Shown in pieces: positions 13,589 through 26,430 of a DNA stretch of 64,000 nt; the first letter of the stretch is position 1; each line of letters starts with the position of its first letter. The position numbers and the translations under genes were made by a program. This stretch comes from the human T2T-CHM13v2.0 reference genome, Homo sapiens: the NCBI RefSeq assembly GCF_009914755.1, contig NC_060927.1. The stretch is one strand, 5' to 3'. The notes under the pieces were generated by a model. It was not told the origin of the DNA. It searched no databases and saw only the letters and a list, made by a program, of their open reading frames with translations.

Positions 13589-16137
13589 CCTATGACCTAG
13601 GACTTCTACTCCAGGGGAAATTTCACAAAGATTCATGAAAAGGCAGGGGTACGGTCTTTGTACACGTTTGTGGGGGCAAGAAATTGGACGTCCATTACTG
13701 GGAGAGGAGATTAGGTAAGCAGTAGAGGTACATCACAGAGCATTATGCAGCAGGGGAAGCAAAGGGCTACACACGGCCCCACTGGAGTTCTTTGTTAAGC
13801 GCAGGGCTTTGTCACACACTATAGAAACTTCAAATGGGCAGACTAGAAGGTCTAGGGAGAAGGGCTGCAGCAGGATATTGGATGCCCAGTTGCCTTTTAT
13901 TACAGCATTCTATGGAGAGGTGTTCTTAGGCCAGAGGGTAGCTAGATGTCTCATGGGCTATGCTCCAGGAGAGAAACCTATCCCTTTTTTATAGGACTAG
14001 TGAGAGCCCTTGCAAGCAGGGACAAAATAGCCTATGCTTGGGTGCTGGCTATTCAGAGGAGCTGCATGCTCATGCTTATAGCATCTAGAGAATTCGAGGG
14101 ACCTGAGGCTGGATACAGCCCATCCAACTGGGAGAGGGGAGGAGCTCCCAATCACAGCCAGCTCATTTCCACTTATTTGGAAGAGAACACTGTATCATGC
14201 AGTTGATGTCCTATTGGGCATTGCAAATCTTAGTGGGGGAAATGGTAAAAAATAGAAAAAAATCTATAAAATAACAAATAATATCATCTGCATAAATGGG
14301 GGTGAAGCACGTGAAAATCAAATGGATGAACGATGACCAAAAAGAACAAAAGAGGATCTTTTCACTGGACAAGGATGTAATGTGACAGAAAGTATAATTA
14401 ACCTGAAACCATTCTGCCACAGATCCACAACAACAAATTTTTTAAAATGAATAAAAGATGAGTACGGACACAGTCTCAACAGGGCTGGGAATACAGTCTC
14501 AAGGCTGTCTATGAAAACCTGTCATTAATCATTTGTACAAACATTAAATACTGATTCTGAATCAGGAATGAAGGGTGTTCCACAGTAAAGCTGGAATGAC
14601 CTTTAACTAACAATCCATCTTCGCCACTGGGACATTTTTCACTTACTAGTGAACTGCTAGGAAATAAGATTAACTCATCTTGTCTTTGAAGGTGGTAGTG
14701 ATGGTGGGATCAAATATCCTCTTGACCTCAAAAATCACATAAGTAACAGCTCGGCAATGTAATGCTTCATTGTTGTCAAAGAAAATCTTGTCCACCAGCA
14801 GTTAAGCATTTGTAGAGAAAGTGGGGAGAAGGTGTCTGGCAAATGTTTTAATAAATCACTACAACTTAGAAATGTGTCTGAAGGCACATGGCATAAATGG
14901 ATTTTTAGATTTCTTATCTTAAGGTCTTGAACATGCTCAATATCTGCAAGAAGATGCCTATTTCAATTCTTATCACTTTTCCAGATCAACTTGAAATTAG
15001 TTAAAGGTGGACTAATGTCAAAGAACATCTTTGACTAATGTGACACGGCAAATTTCCCATGTCAGAGGACAATTACACAACAATTTTTAAGGATGAACTT
15101 TCAATTATACACCAACTTACATTTTCAAATTTTGCCTTGTACAAACAGACCACGATTGCCAGAGGGAAGGTTGCAGGAGGAAAAAAAATGCTGATTGAAG
15201 CCAAGATGCGGTTGGAGGAACAGTTGAAAAAAAAAAGGTCTCCTCTTTTCCCTGGAAATTCTTGGGCTCTCAGGGAACAGAAATGATTGAATCTGCAGGA
15301 GAAAGCTCCCCCCACCACGACTCCCTGGGCCACCAAGAGTCACCAGTTTAATGATGCACAATATCACGGTGACCGCTCGCTTCGGTCTCAAGCTCTACAA
15401 TTTATGGTTTGGTTGTTATGTGACCTGTGGGAATTTATTGAGAACCATTGGTTCTCATTAGAAGGCCTTAAAAAAAAAAAAAACTCCAAGTTTTTTATAG
15501 TTCATCTCTAGAATTCTTACAAAGGGCACTATGTTTATAAAACATCTGAACACCCAAGAGTATGGCTGAACCAAGGCAACCCTGGGAAGTAGGTAACATC
15601 TGTTTTTTTATCCCAAACCTATTAGCCTTCTGTCTAGCACTGCTCTATTTTTAACCCTTCCCTCCCCAACTAGATAGCCATGGCTGTCACACATGCTGCA
15701 CCCTTGGTCCCCAAATTCTCTTAACTGCCTCCTTTCCTCCTCTGACTTGGGTTTTTGCTAGGAGACTGCTAGCAGTAGTACAAATTCACAGTGTAAAAGA
15801 ATCAGCAGGTGCCAACGTCTTCATACTGAGATTCTCAAAGTTAGGGGAATATCAACAAACACACCCAGTATTAAGTAGCCTCTATTCTGATAGCTCAGGG
15901 CCCATGCTATATGGGTCATTAAATACCTTAACATCGCCCGGCTTATGGAGCTTGTTCCAGCTACGTATGTCATTCCTGCAATTCTCTCCAGTTTCTCTAT
16001 TTCCCTATTCCAACCCAAGATTCTGTCTCATGAATCAATGTCAAAGTGAGTCACTGTGACAGAAGTTTTCTGGGAATGCACAGGTGTTTTGAAGCAGAAA
16101 AAAGTATATCCAAAGACCCGAGCTGAAATTGTTATTG

Positions 16138-16300
16138 CAATAGTTTTCAACCCTGGTTGCAGATTAGAAAAATACATGGGAGAATTTTTACATGCTGACA
16201 CCAATTAAACTATACATCCTGGTGGATATTGCCTGGCATCAATATTTTGTGAAAGACTCACCACGGGATTCTAATGTGCAGCCAAGGTTGATAGCCACTG
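16138..16300. mobile_element. MER5B-like hAT-Charlie MITE
   Basis: TTTTCAACCCTGGTTGCAGATTAGAA...GATTCTAATGTGCAGCCAAGGTTGATAGCCACTG with palindromic termini. Confidence 0.75.
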
Positions 16301-17489
16301 CATTGCTATTGCCAGTTAGAATATCATGTCTGTACTTTAACTAGAGTCTACAATGCTTTGACCCAAAGGAAAATTTTACAGAGGAATTTCAGGTATGCTT
16401 GTTGACTGGGAGAAATATTTTCAGTCGGTTTGGATGTCACATGATGTAATCAGTTTCTTCTTCCATCTAGGCATGGGATGCCAGCATTGTGTTGTAAATT
16501 CTCATCATATTTAACTAACAGGGAAATCACACTGGCTGAAGATTCCTGTGAGAGGTGCTCTTGTACCCGCTGGTGTGTATCTGTTGAAAGCCTTTTCTGA
16601 GCAGTTATGTTCATGCATGGAACCTCAAACACCACGGCACTGGGCTATTGAATACTAAAATCTAAAACACACACAAAAAAAACTCTATACCCTTAAGACG
16701 CTCTACCTCTTCATGCTTGATTTATTCTACTTAGATTTAGTCCACACTGGCATTTTTATATTAAATTGTTTTCCTGCTGTCTTGTATTTTAAAGCCCCTT
16801 GAGAAATCCTGACATTAAATTGGCCACACAATAGAAAAATTGGGAGAAGCAAACTCCCTTCCCCCCTCTTTTGTTAGCATGATTGTTTTTGATTAAGTCA
16901 AGTCCAAAATGAAAACCACAGGGGCCTTCCATCACAAACATCCATCATAAGCCATGTTGAAGGCATTCTCAGAATCCTGTTAGAACACAGCGAAACTTGC
17001 TTGGAAATTCTGACATCTCCAAAACATTTCTGGGGAGTCAGGTTGGGGGTGGAGGTACAGGGAAATATCATTAGACTAAATGGCTCAAGATTAGAGCAGT
17101 ATCTCCCCCAAAGAGCACTTTTTTTCCTAATTAGAGTTTTTCCAAAATGATATCACAACAAAATCCAAGAGACTGTTTAATTTTTTATGACTTTGGCATT
17201 TCTTCTTCTCTCAGTTGCTTTTGTTTGTAGTTGCAAATATTTTCTATCTTGATTTCTTATACCTCCGTACCAAAGATCATACACTGCACATACAGCACCA
17301 GTTTCCCACAGAGTGGATGGTGGTCAAGTGGATTTTTATCTGACACAGAGACTGCTATATATTTTCCCAACTACCTGCAATAAAAATAATAAATGCAGCA
17401 ATCACTCATTCTGCTTAGTACAGTTGCTTGCTGATGGTGCCTGTTAAAAGGTTCAGCTTAAGAAGTCTAGCCCTAGCTTCTTTGGGTAA

Positions 17490-17710
17490 CTATCACTTAT
17501 TCGGTGTTACTATGGGGCAGACAGGGTGTTCTGTGTTTTAAACCCATTTTCTTCTCTAATCCTCACCACGGATAATACTCTCCTCATTTACAAATAAAGA
17601 AACTGAGTTCATAGCAGCAGTTATGTCACTAGTTGAAGGCCATGCAGCTAGTATTAGGCGGACCTGAAGAAAGCAATCCTAGTTTATTTCACTCCACAGC
17701 CCATTTGCTC
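17490..17710 (-). mobile_element. MIR SINE
   Basis: TAATCCTCAC...CATTTACAAATAAAGAAACTGAG...AAGGCCATGCAGCTAGTA. Confidence 0.6.
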
Positions 17711-17868
17711 TCAATAACAATGTGATATTCCCTAGTGGGACAGAGACTATTAAAATCTGGAAGTAAAATAAAATGCATGCATATTTTCTGTCCTGGATCC
17801 TTGCAGGGCCACCTTGAAGGATACTGGCATGAGGGAGAATGGTGTGGGAGTATGTTGAAGATCAGATC

Positions 17869-18255
17869 TTTTTTTTTTTTCCATAGGTTTTTGGGGAACA
17901 GGTGGTATTTGGTTACATGACTAAGTTCTTTAGTGGTTATTTGTCAGATTTTGCTGCACCCATCACCAGAGCAGTGTACACTGAACCCAATTTGTAGCCT
18001 TTCATCCCTCACCCCCTTCCCACCCTTTTCCCCCAAAGTCCCCAAAGTCCGTTGTGTCATTCTTACGCCTTTGCATCCTCATAGCTTAGCTCCCATTTAT
18101 GAGTGAGAACATACAATGTTTGGTTTTCCATTCCTGAGTTACTTCTCTTGGAATAATAGTCTCTGATCCCATCGAGGTTGCTGCGAATGCCATTAATTCA
18201 TCATTCCTTTTTATGGCCGAGTAGTATTCCACTGTGTGTGTGTGTGTATGTGTGT

Positions 18256-18314
<59 letters not shown>

Positions 18315-18765
18315 TATGTATATATATGTGTGTGTGTGTGTGTGTATCACAGTTTCTTTGTCCACTTGATTGATGAGCATTTAAGCAGATTCCATATTTT
18401 TACAATTGTGAATTATACTGCTGTAAACATACGTGTGCAAGTATCTTTTTCGTATAATGACTTCTTTTCCTCTGGGTAGATACTCAGTAGTAGGATTGCC
18501 AGATGAAATGGTAGTTCTAATTTTATTTCTTTAAGGAATCGCTACACTGTTTTCCATTGTGGATGTACTAGTTTACATTCCCACCAGCAGTGTAGAAGTG
18601 TTCCCTTTTCACTGCATCCATGCCAACAGTTATTATTTTTTTGATTTTTTGATTATGACCATTCTTCCAGGAATAAAATGGTATCACTTTGTGGTTTTGA
18701 TTTGCATTTCCCTATCATTAGTGATGTTGAGCAATTTTTTCATATGTTTTTTGGCCATTTGTATA
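17869..18765 (-). mobile_element. L1PB1-type 5'-truncated LINE
   Basis: CCATAGGTTTTTGGGGAACAGGTGGTATTTGGTTACATGA 3' end. TSD GAAGA(T/C)CAG(A/C)TCTTTT at 17857-17872 and 18766-18781. Confidence 0.92.
18233..18347. repeat. Compound (TG)n(TA)~24(TG)n microsatellite inside L1PB
   Basis: About 115 bp of alternating purine-pyrimidine, read directly. Confidence 0.95.
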
Positions 18766-18787
18766 GAAGACCAGCTCTTTTATGTAA

Positions 18788-19020
18788 AGCGGTGTTTCTC
18801 CGTCTCTCACTAGAGATGTTTGAGGCAGGATAATCGTTGATGACCAGGGAGATGGAGGGGCGATGGTCTGTCCTGTGGATTGCAACATGTTTAGCATCCC
18901 TGGCCTCGACTCACTACATGTGCTAGCAAACCCCCTCCCAGTGACAACCAAATTGACTCCAGATATTGTCAAATGTTTCCTTTTCGGGGGGTGGGAATCA
19001 TCCCCATTTAAAACTCAGTG
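18788..19020 (+). mobile_element. MER20 DNA transposon relic
   Basis: GCAGGATAAT...TGTCCTGTGGATTGCAACATGTTTAGCATCCCTGGCCTC...GTGACAACCAAA...TCCAGATATTGTCAAATGT. Confidence 0.8.
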
Positions 19021-22000
19021 ACATAGACTAAAATTAGAATGGGGAGCCCTGGAACTGTGCAAAGGCAGCAGCCCTGCTCCATCCCATCCATTACCAAAAG
19101 CCTCCCAGTGAAAATAGAGACACAGGATGAGTCAAATCATAGGCAAATAGATGCTACTAGGAGAACAAAGGAGCTTGAGATTCCTGTAGAGTATTTATGC
19201 ACCCATCAGATTGACCAGATTGGAGTGCACACCACTCCTGAAGTCAGTAAATCATAATTCCAGATAGCCCCTGTTCACATTCTTCTGAGGAGCCATCCAG
19301 TTGATGTCCCTTGCGATGCCTGCCTTATGAGGCACCTTGATAGATCTATTGTCTGCCCTGTGTTGTGGTCTACATTTCCTGTCTCTCAAAAAGAGAACAG
19401 ACATGGAGATAATAATTGATTGGCAGAGGTTAAGTTTTTAGATCAATGTGTAAAGTCTTGCCACTAACTGGTTTCCTTCACAGCACAAAGATCATTCTTG
19501 TTCTACAAAACGTTCCTGTATCATACATTTGAAGGACTTTTGACCTAGCATTATGCAAATTCCCGGTGCCCCCAAGGAAACAAGGCAAAATAAGCCACGA
19601 AAGGTAGTTATTTAAATCTTGGAATGTTAAGGTTCAAGTTAGAATTAAGACCCAGAGAGGCTCCGTGTAATGAATGTTAACCTGAGCCCAGGCCATGTTA
19701 GGAAAACAGAGTAACTATCACACAGATGTAATTTATTTGTTGATCTTGGCGTACCAATCGTCTTATCTCCCCAAGTTTTGGTCCTGGTGGAATTGCAGAC
19801 ACTTTCAACTCCAGTTCAAGGTGATACCTAGGATGAATAAAAGCCATTTCATTACCAGCTGATACCAAGCAAAGAGGGAGGGGGAACAGGAATGCTCTAA
19901 GATTCCAAAGGCATTTTCTCCAGAGCAGCTCTCATACAAGTCCATCTGCAATTCATTTTCTATTTCAAAAAGGCTCAAGACAGTGGGCTCTTCAAAATTA
20001 CACACAACGGCAGAAAGCTTTATAGCATGATTTTTCATGGTCCTTTCGCCTGCAGCCATCACTGGATGTCACAGGAGATGTGGTCCCCTCGTTGTCATGG
20101 TAACAAGATGCTACTGGGTTGGCTGCCAGCCACTGGGAGCCTGGAAATAATATTCACACCACATAGACACTTCACCCCCTGGCACTTTGGGGTCCCAAAT
20201 TGAACCAATGGCATTGTGTCCCTGCTAGAATCCACTCCAGGGGTTTCCTTCAAGTAAGCTAGAGCCGGGATGCAAGCTTGGCTTTGAAACCTCTCCCTGC
20301 CACAGAGCTGAACTGACAAAATGAGTTATTTCAGGCAGAAGAGCCTCCTTTGAGCTTGGGACCTCTCTGCCCTTGCCAGATGATTCAAAGCACAAATCTG
20401 ATTTTTTCCTCTTCCTTGCTAATCTTCCTTCTGATGTTCAGGCCATGTGCGTGTCTCACAAACATTTTTACAAGTAGGAGAGTGAGGGAAAGGAAAAACA
20501 AAGCAGCTAATTCTCCCACTCCACCCCTTGAAACATTCTTCTGTTAAATAAGCCTCATAGACGTACTAAAATCTCTGGCTGAAGCAGGCACATCTGAAAA
20601 CGTGTAACTTTTCCTTATTCCAGGTTATGCCATCCCTTGGTTTTATCAATAAATGCAGGTTGCCAGGTTTTTGTCCCTATTCTTTGCACTGCAGCTGGCA
20701 TACCACGAACACCAGATGCACAAGGAAAGAAGATAAATCCCGGGGTCCAGGATGACAGCCTTGATGGAGTTCAGAGAGCGGCAGTCAGTGGATCATAGTT
20801 CAGAAACCAAAAGGGAGTTCAAAGTACATGTGATCTCTTTACCCAAGGAAATGCCAAAGGAGGAACCCTTGTCTCTCTGCTTCCTTTGTTAATCTCTTAC
20901 AGTCCATTTTCCAAAAGGCAACAGAATGATCACAAGGAAATTAGGCTATGTTACCTTTTTACTTAGAACATTCCATCTCCTTCAGCAAAATCCAAAGTTT
21001 TATCTTGGCTTCCATGGCCTGGACTGTAATCGGCTACCTCGCTGATCACATCTCCCACTTTTGTCCTCTTGGTAACTCCAGTTCGGCCCTCTAGATTCCT
21101 TTTCTTTGAATGCACAGAGCAAGCTCCTGCCCTTTGTGCAAATGTCAACTCATGAGGGCGGCCTCAGCTGACAGCCAATAGAGCCCTCTCCCAGCCTCCC
21201 ACCCCGTTATTCTGGATGTCCCTTACCCTTAATTTGTTTCTTGTCATATAAAACATTAATCTGCTTGTCATTCCCCCTCTGAAAGGTCAACTCTCTGGGA
21301 AGCAGGAACTTCATCATTCAGGTGGTCAAGGAAGGCCTCTCTGAAGAGGTGACATATGAGCAGGGACCTCAGTGATCCCTGAAAGACACAAGGGATGAAG
21401 CTGGAGGAAGAGCAGTCCTGCCAGGACAGAAGCACAAAGACCATGAGACAGGACCCAGCTTGGCAATTCTGTACAACAACAAGGGAAAAGTTTTCTAATA
21501 ATTTTCTAGTAATTCTAAAATGTTGGCTTGTTTTCTTCCCAGAAAACAAACAAGCTTCTCTTTCAGATGCAGTTTATTATTTTTCATAGTTAGGTGAAGA
21601 CTTTGTATTCTTATAGATTTGCATTCAAAAGAATGTCCTCTGATCATGGACATGGAAAGATACGTGGGGCCAGTAGAAATATTGTGAAAGACAGTACTTC
21701 TGGGAAAAAGAATTCTCAGACTGCTATTAATAATTCACCCCTCCTCTAGCTCACAGGAAGATTCTTATCTGGACTTTTAAAAACGCCTTCTTTCAGTTTA
21801 AGTCTATCTCTATCCTTGTTAGAAAATCAGGATTAAGCAAATGAAGTGTCATCTCAACAAATATCAAAAAGATTGTCCTATAGAGAAAACAGGATAAGGC
21901 TTAATTCTCTCAAGGAGGTGAAAAAAGAGCAAGACAAATTGCTAATTCACGGTTACTCTGAGTCTCTGTATGACTGGATGCACTTTTTTCTTTTATTAGG

Positions 22001-22519
22001 ATAGATGGGATTAGAGTTGTTTTGAATTCTTAAAATGTATATAAGATACCCATATCAAAGCTTAGCTTAGAGCAAGGAATTATCTACCAGGTAATATCTT
22101 TGGGGTTGATGGGAGATTTTAGACCAGACATTTGTAATTCAATTATGCCAAAAGATCTGGGTTGCTCATGTTTTTAAGTAGCTTTGACTTCGCCACAGCA
22201 GGTACCAGGCCCATCTATCACCTAATGTACAGGAAAAGATATCATAAACTATTTTGCCCCAAGGTGACAGCAACTTAATACGCTACCTTCTCCACAGATG
22301 TTTCCATTACAATTTTATTTTGCTGAAAAACTTATTAAGGATCTGCCATGAACCAGGCTTTCTGTTCACTGATTACATTTGTCTTATTCAGTAATTCATA
22401 ACAAAGTGAGACTACTAGGTTTAGGTTTGGGATGGAGACACAGGTACTTTGAAAAAAATACATATTTTTAATTACTTTATTTTCTGTTCCATGATACAAA
22501 CTATAAAAATGAGAGCTCA

Positions 22520-22834
22520 GGCTGAGCGCGGTGGCTCACACCTGTAGTCCCTGAACTTTGGGAGGCCAAGGAGATGGGAGTTCAAGACCAGCCTGACCAA
22601 CATGGCAAAACCCCATCTCTACTAAAAACACAAATATCAGCTGGGCCTAGTGGCACGTGCGTGTAATCCCAGCTACTCGGGAGGCTGAGGTAGCAGAATC
22701 GTTTGAACCCAGGAGCCAGAGGCTTCAGTGAGCCAAAATTGTGCCACTGCACTCCAGCCTGGGCAACAGAGTGAGAACTTATCTCAGAAAAAAAAAAAAA
22801 AAAAAAAAAAAAACAAAAAAAAAACAGAAAGAAA
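22520..22834 (+). mobile_element. AluS-type SINE with ~15 bp left-arm deletion and no visible TSD
   Basis: GGAGGCCAAGGAGATGGGAGTTCAAGACC lacks GGATCACCTGAGGTC. Long A tail at 22788-22834. Confidence 0.92.
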
Positions 22835-22849
22835 CCTTAACCAAAATTT

Positions 22850-23102
22850 TCTTGGCTGGTGGCCTCGTGTCAGTTGACCCCAGGCCCAGAGCTTCAGTAA
22901 TTTTACCTCCTCTCTTTGACCCCCACCCCACGCATGGGATAAGCTTCCTTCCATTGCTTCTGTTTGGGTTGCCTCAATGACTCCTGTTGGCTTCTCAGCC
23001 TCGCTTCTATCATCTGTGTAATGAATTATCTGCACTATATCCCTTCAATTTCAAATACATTGAGTGATTTCTGTTTTTTTCAGTTGCATCTGGATTGATA
23101 CA
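22850..23102 (+). mobile_element. 3' part of an old ERVL-class LTR
   Basis: Ends TTCAAATAC...GTGATTTCTGTTTTTTTCAGTTGCATCTGGATTGATACA, a typical ERVL LTR terminus. Subfamily not resolved. Confidence 0.55.
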
Positions 23103-24520
23103 GAAGCCACATGTAATACTTCCAAGGTAATAGTTAAAAGAAGAACTGAGAATGGAACTCAAGTCTGTCTGCATTCAACAGCTATACTCTTTCCACAGAA
23201 TTTGCTACTTGGATAAATTAACTTAATGAATATTTATTGAACTCCCACTATGTACTAGGCAGTGGGTAAATAAGGTTCTGAAAGCAAGGGCTTACTGCTG
23301 ACCAGACCTTCAATGTTCCCCTAGTTTGGACCTTGTTTACAGATAAAAGATATTAAGAGGATTCCCTTCCTAAGAGTCAGCCTGGTTTGTTACTCTGCCT
23401 GCATTTATGAGCTCAATTACTGTAATATCAGGAGACTCAGCTGTATTCACAGCTCACACCATAGCAAGTAACCCCAAATGATACCGTGAAATGCATGTTG
23501 TTTTTCCTCTTTTCCCTGTATCTTACCAGTAGGGAAATAATGGTATTAGAAAATCCATTTTGCCACCTCATCTCTTCCTGTATCTTGTCAGCAGGGGAGG
23601 AATCAAAGTAAATGGCAGTGGCCCAGAGGCAGCAGAGAATTACTGGGAGACTGAGCATGTCTACTTTAAAATTTGTGGGGTTGAAGCACATCTAGAAGGA
23701 ATTTGGTGACGTACACAGACAGGAGGGCTTTTGTTTTGTGTTTGTTTCATGCTGAACCTCAGGTTGTAAAGTTTGTGTATTTAGATATGTGCAATAAGCT
23801 GAATGCATTAAACTCCATGTCCAATGTAAACCAACAAACAAACTGAGGCACATAAAGATGACATGACTTACCCAACATCACAATCCCAGTTTGTTGCAAA
23901 TACAGTTGATAAGACCAATCGTTAAAGTTTCTTTCACAGAGAAAAGAAGGACCACTTCCCTTGGTTTTACTAATCAAACATTTTAAATCATTTATTTACA
24001 CACACAGAGAACTGTAAGTATAGAAAACCTTGGGAAATATATTACAAATAGTGGAATGCAGAGAGCAGACAAATTCACAGAGCAAAAAGCAATTCTACTG
24101 CTTGGAATATCTTTCCTTAATAAAAATGATTATCTGTACAAGAAAAGAAACCCCTGAACATGTCCAGAATCCTCCATATGCATGAGAAATACAATGGCTT
24201 ATAAATGAGCACATGCACTGGCCGCCCTTCACCATGAGGATTGCTGAAGACAATAAACAAACGAACAAACACATATCTGCATGTGTATACATTCTGTGTA
24301 TTAAATCATGTTTCATTAGGATTATAAGTGCTGATTAAGAATATAAATTTAATTTTTTTTCTAGTTCAGAAATTAGAAACCTCAATCCTTGGATTTGATG
24401 ACTTTATCACCTTCCTCTATCGACCACACTTGGGTCTCAGTCAAATCTTGACCTCACCAGGGAATAATTCATAATTATATGCTGGTCTAGAAAGAAAGAA
24501 AACAGTTTTTAAAATCTGAA

Positions 24521-25045
24521 TGTGATAGTTTTAAAATGTGTCCACAAATTATTGGATGTGTATTTCATCAAGAATGGAATCTTATTTCACTCCCATTGAA
24601 CGTGGCTCACTTCTGACAAAGAGAAGGCAGAGGAAGTGGTGGTGTGTGACTACTGAGGCTAGATCCATAAAAGGCACCGGGCTGTCTCTCCTCTTGGGAC
24701 ATAGGCCTCTGGAGCCCTGAGCCACCATGTAAGAAGTCTGGCCACCTATAACCACCATACTGGAAAGACCATATAGGGAGACCACAGAGAGAGGAAGAGA
24801 GAGAGAAAGGAATTACAGTTGTTTGAGTGATCCTAGTCCAGGCACCAAATACATGAGTGAGGATGCCTTCAAGGTGACACCAGCTCAGCTACCATTTCAT
24901 TGCAACTGTTTTAATGACCCCATGTGAGAATCATCTAGTTAAGTCTATTCAGCCCAGAAGACTATCAGCAATAATAAAAAATGACTATTGTTGTTTTGTG
25001 CCATTATGTTTGCGGTGATTGTATGTAGCAACAAATAACAATTTC
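24521..25045 (+). mobile_element. MLT1H-type MaLR solo LTR
   Basis: TGTGATAGTTTTAAAATGTGTCCACAAATT...GGAGCCCTGAGCCACCATGTAAGAAGTCTGG...GTAGCAACAAATAAC. Confidence 0.85.
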
Positions 25046-25109
25046 TTTCTAATAAATTATCTTTCTACTTAGTGTACTTATGGTACCTTTTGACTGCTTG
25101 GGACTCTTT

Positions 25110-25640
25110 TTCCCTTTTAGGAACTCTTTCCTTCCCAATGCCACATGATTTTTCTGGGTTATCTACTAGGCAACTTGGAGTCTTCTGTGTCGTGGCCAGA
25201 TATGTGGTCCAACCTGGCCCATCAGAATATCCTGGATACAGTGATTGGTTCAAGGAACATGACATATGATTCAGCAGAGCCAATCAGAGACCTCCAGGGA
25301 GATCAATGCCCACTCTGGAGAAAAGAGATGATGTCCTTTTCTCTGGATTTTCTAGCTTTGGAGTGGTATCTCAGCTAACAGGAGAGAGAGAGTTGCCCTG
25401 GGAATAAAGACAGGATAAGAGAAGGCAGAATACAGAGATAGAGGTGTGGAAAGCAGGGATTGAGGATAGTGGAGAAACAGAGAGAGTGATTAAATCATGA
25501 TGGCAACATTTGAACTCCTGCGTCTAGTCATACTGAAGCCAGGATTCGCTGTCCTGGACTTTTCAGACACATGAGCTAATAAAGTCTCTTCTTCCTTTAA
25601 CTTGAGTTTGGTTTCTTTTATTTGCAAAGAGGGTTCTTTC
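25110..25640 (+). mobile_element. LTR16/LTR33-like ERVL LTR
   Basis: CAGTGATTGGTTCAAGG...GCCAATCAGAG...CTGAAGCCAG...CCTGGACTTTTCAGACACATGAGCTAATAAA. Confidence 0.7.
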
Positions 25641-25894
25641 ATATTTAAGAATTCAATATGATTTTAGAAAAAAAGGTCCAGGAAAGATCCAAAGAGGTAT
25701 ATATAATTTTAGCCAGAAATAAATTATAATTATTCAAATAAATGCTACATGCCTGTGTGAAAAAACAAAATATGCAATTTATTTTTATGAACATAACAAA
25801 GGAAGACAAAGAAATAAAAAGTACAAAATTGAAGGTTCAGGATAAAGATTGAAATCAGCTTTAATAATTATATTACTTTAGGCTGGACATTTTA

Positions 25895-26430
25895 CTTTGA
25901 GACCTAAAACTCAATGGTTTAAAACATTTTTTATCTCAGAGTTTTTTTGGGTCAGGTATGCAGGAGCAGTGTACAGGGGCCTCTGTCTCAGTATCTCTCA
26001 AGCTGCCATCAAGGTGTCTCTCTGGGGCTGGGGTCTCATCTGAAAGCTCAACTGGGGAAGGATCCACTTCTAAGCTCACTGACATGATTGTTGGCAGGTT
26101 TCATATCCCCATAGGCTATAGAATGAGAGTCTCAGTTTCTCACTGGGTGTTGGCAAAAGGACTCCCTCCACTTCTTGCTACATGGACTTCTCTGAAGGGC
26201 AGTTAAGAACATGGCAGCTGGCTACCATCAGGACAAGCAAATGAGAAAGAGTGAGGGATTGAGAGCAAAACAGAAATCACAGACTTTGAAAACCCAATCC
26301 CAGAAGCGATATCCCATCACTTTGCCCTATTCTATCCCTTAGAAGCAAGTTACTAGGTCCATCCTTCCTAAGAGAAGAGGATTACACAAGACCATGAAGG
26401 CAAGATGCAGGGACCATTAAAAGCCAAGCA
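25895..26430 (-). mobile_element. MLT1F-type MaLR LTR
   Basis: GTCTCATCTGAAAGCTCAACTGGGGAAGGATCCACTTCTAAGCTCAC...AACATGGCAGCTGGCT...CCCATCACTTTGCC. Confidence 0.8.
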
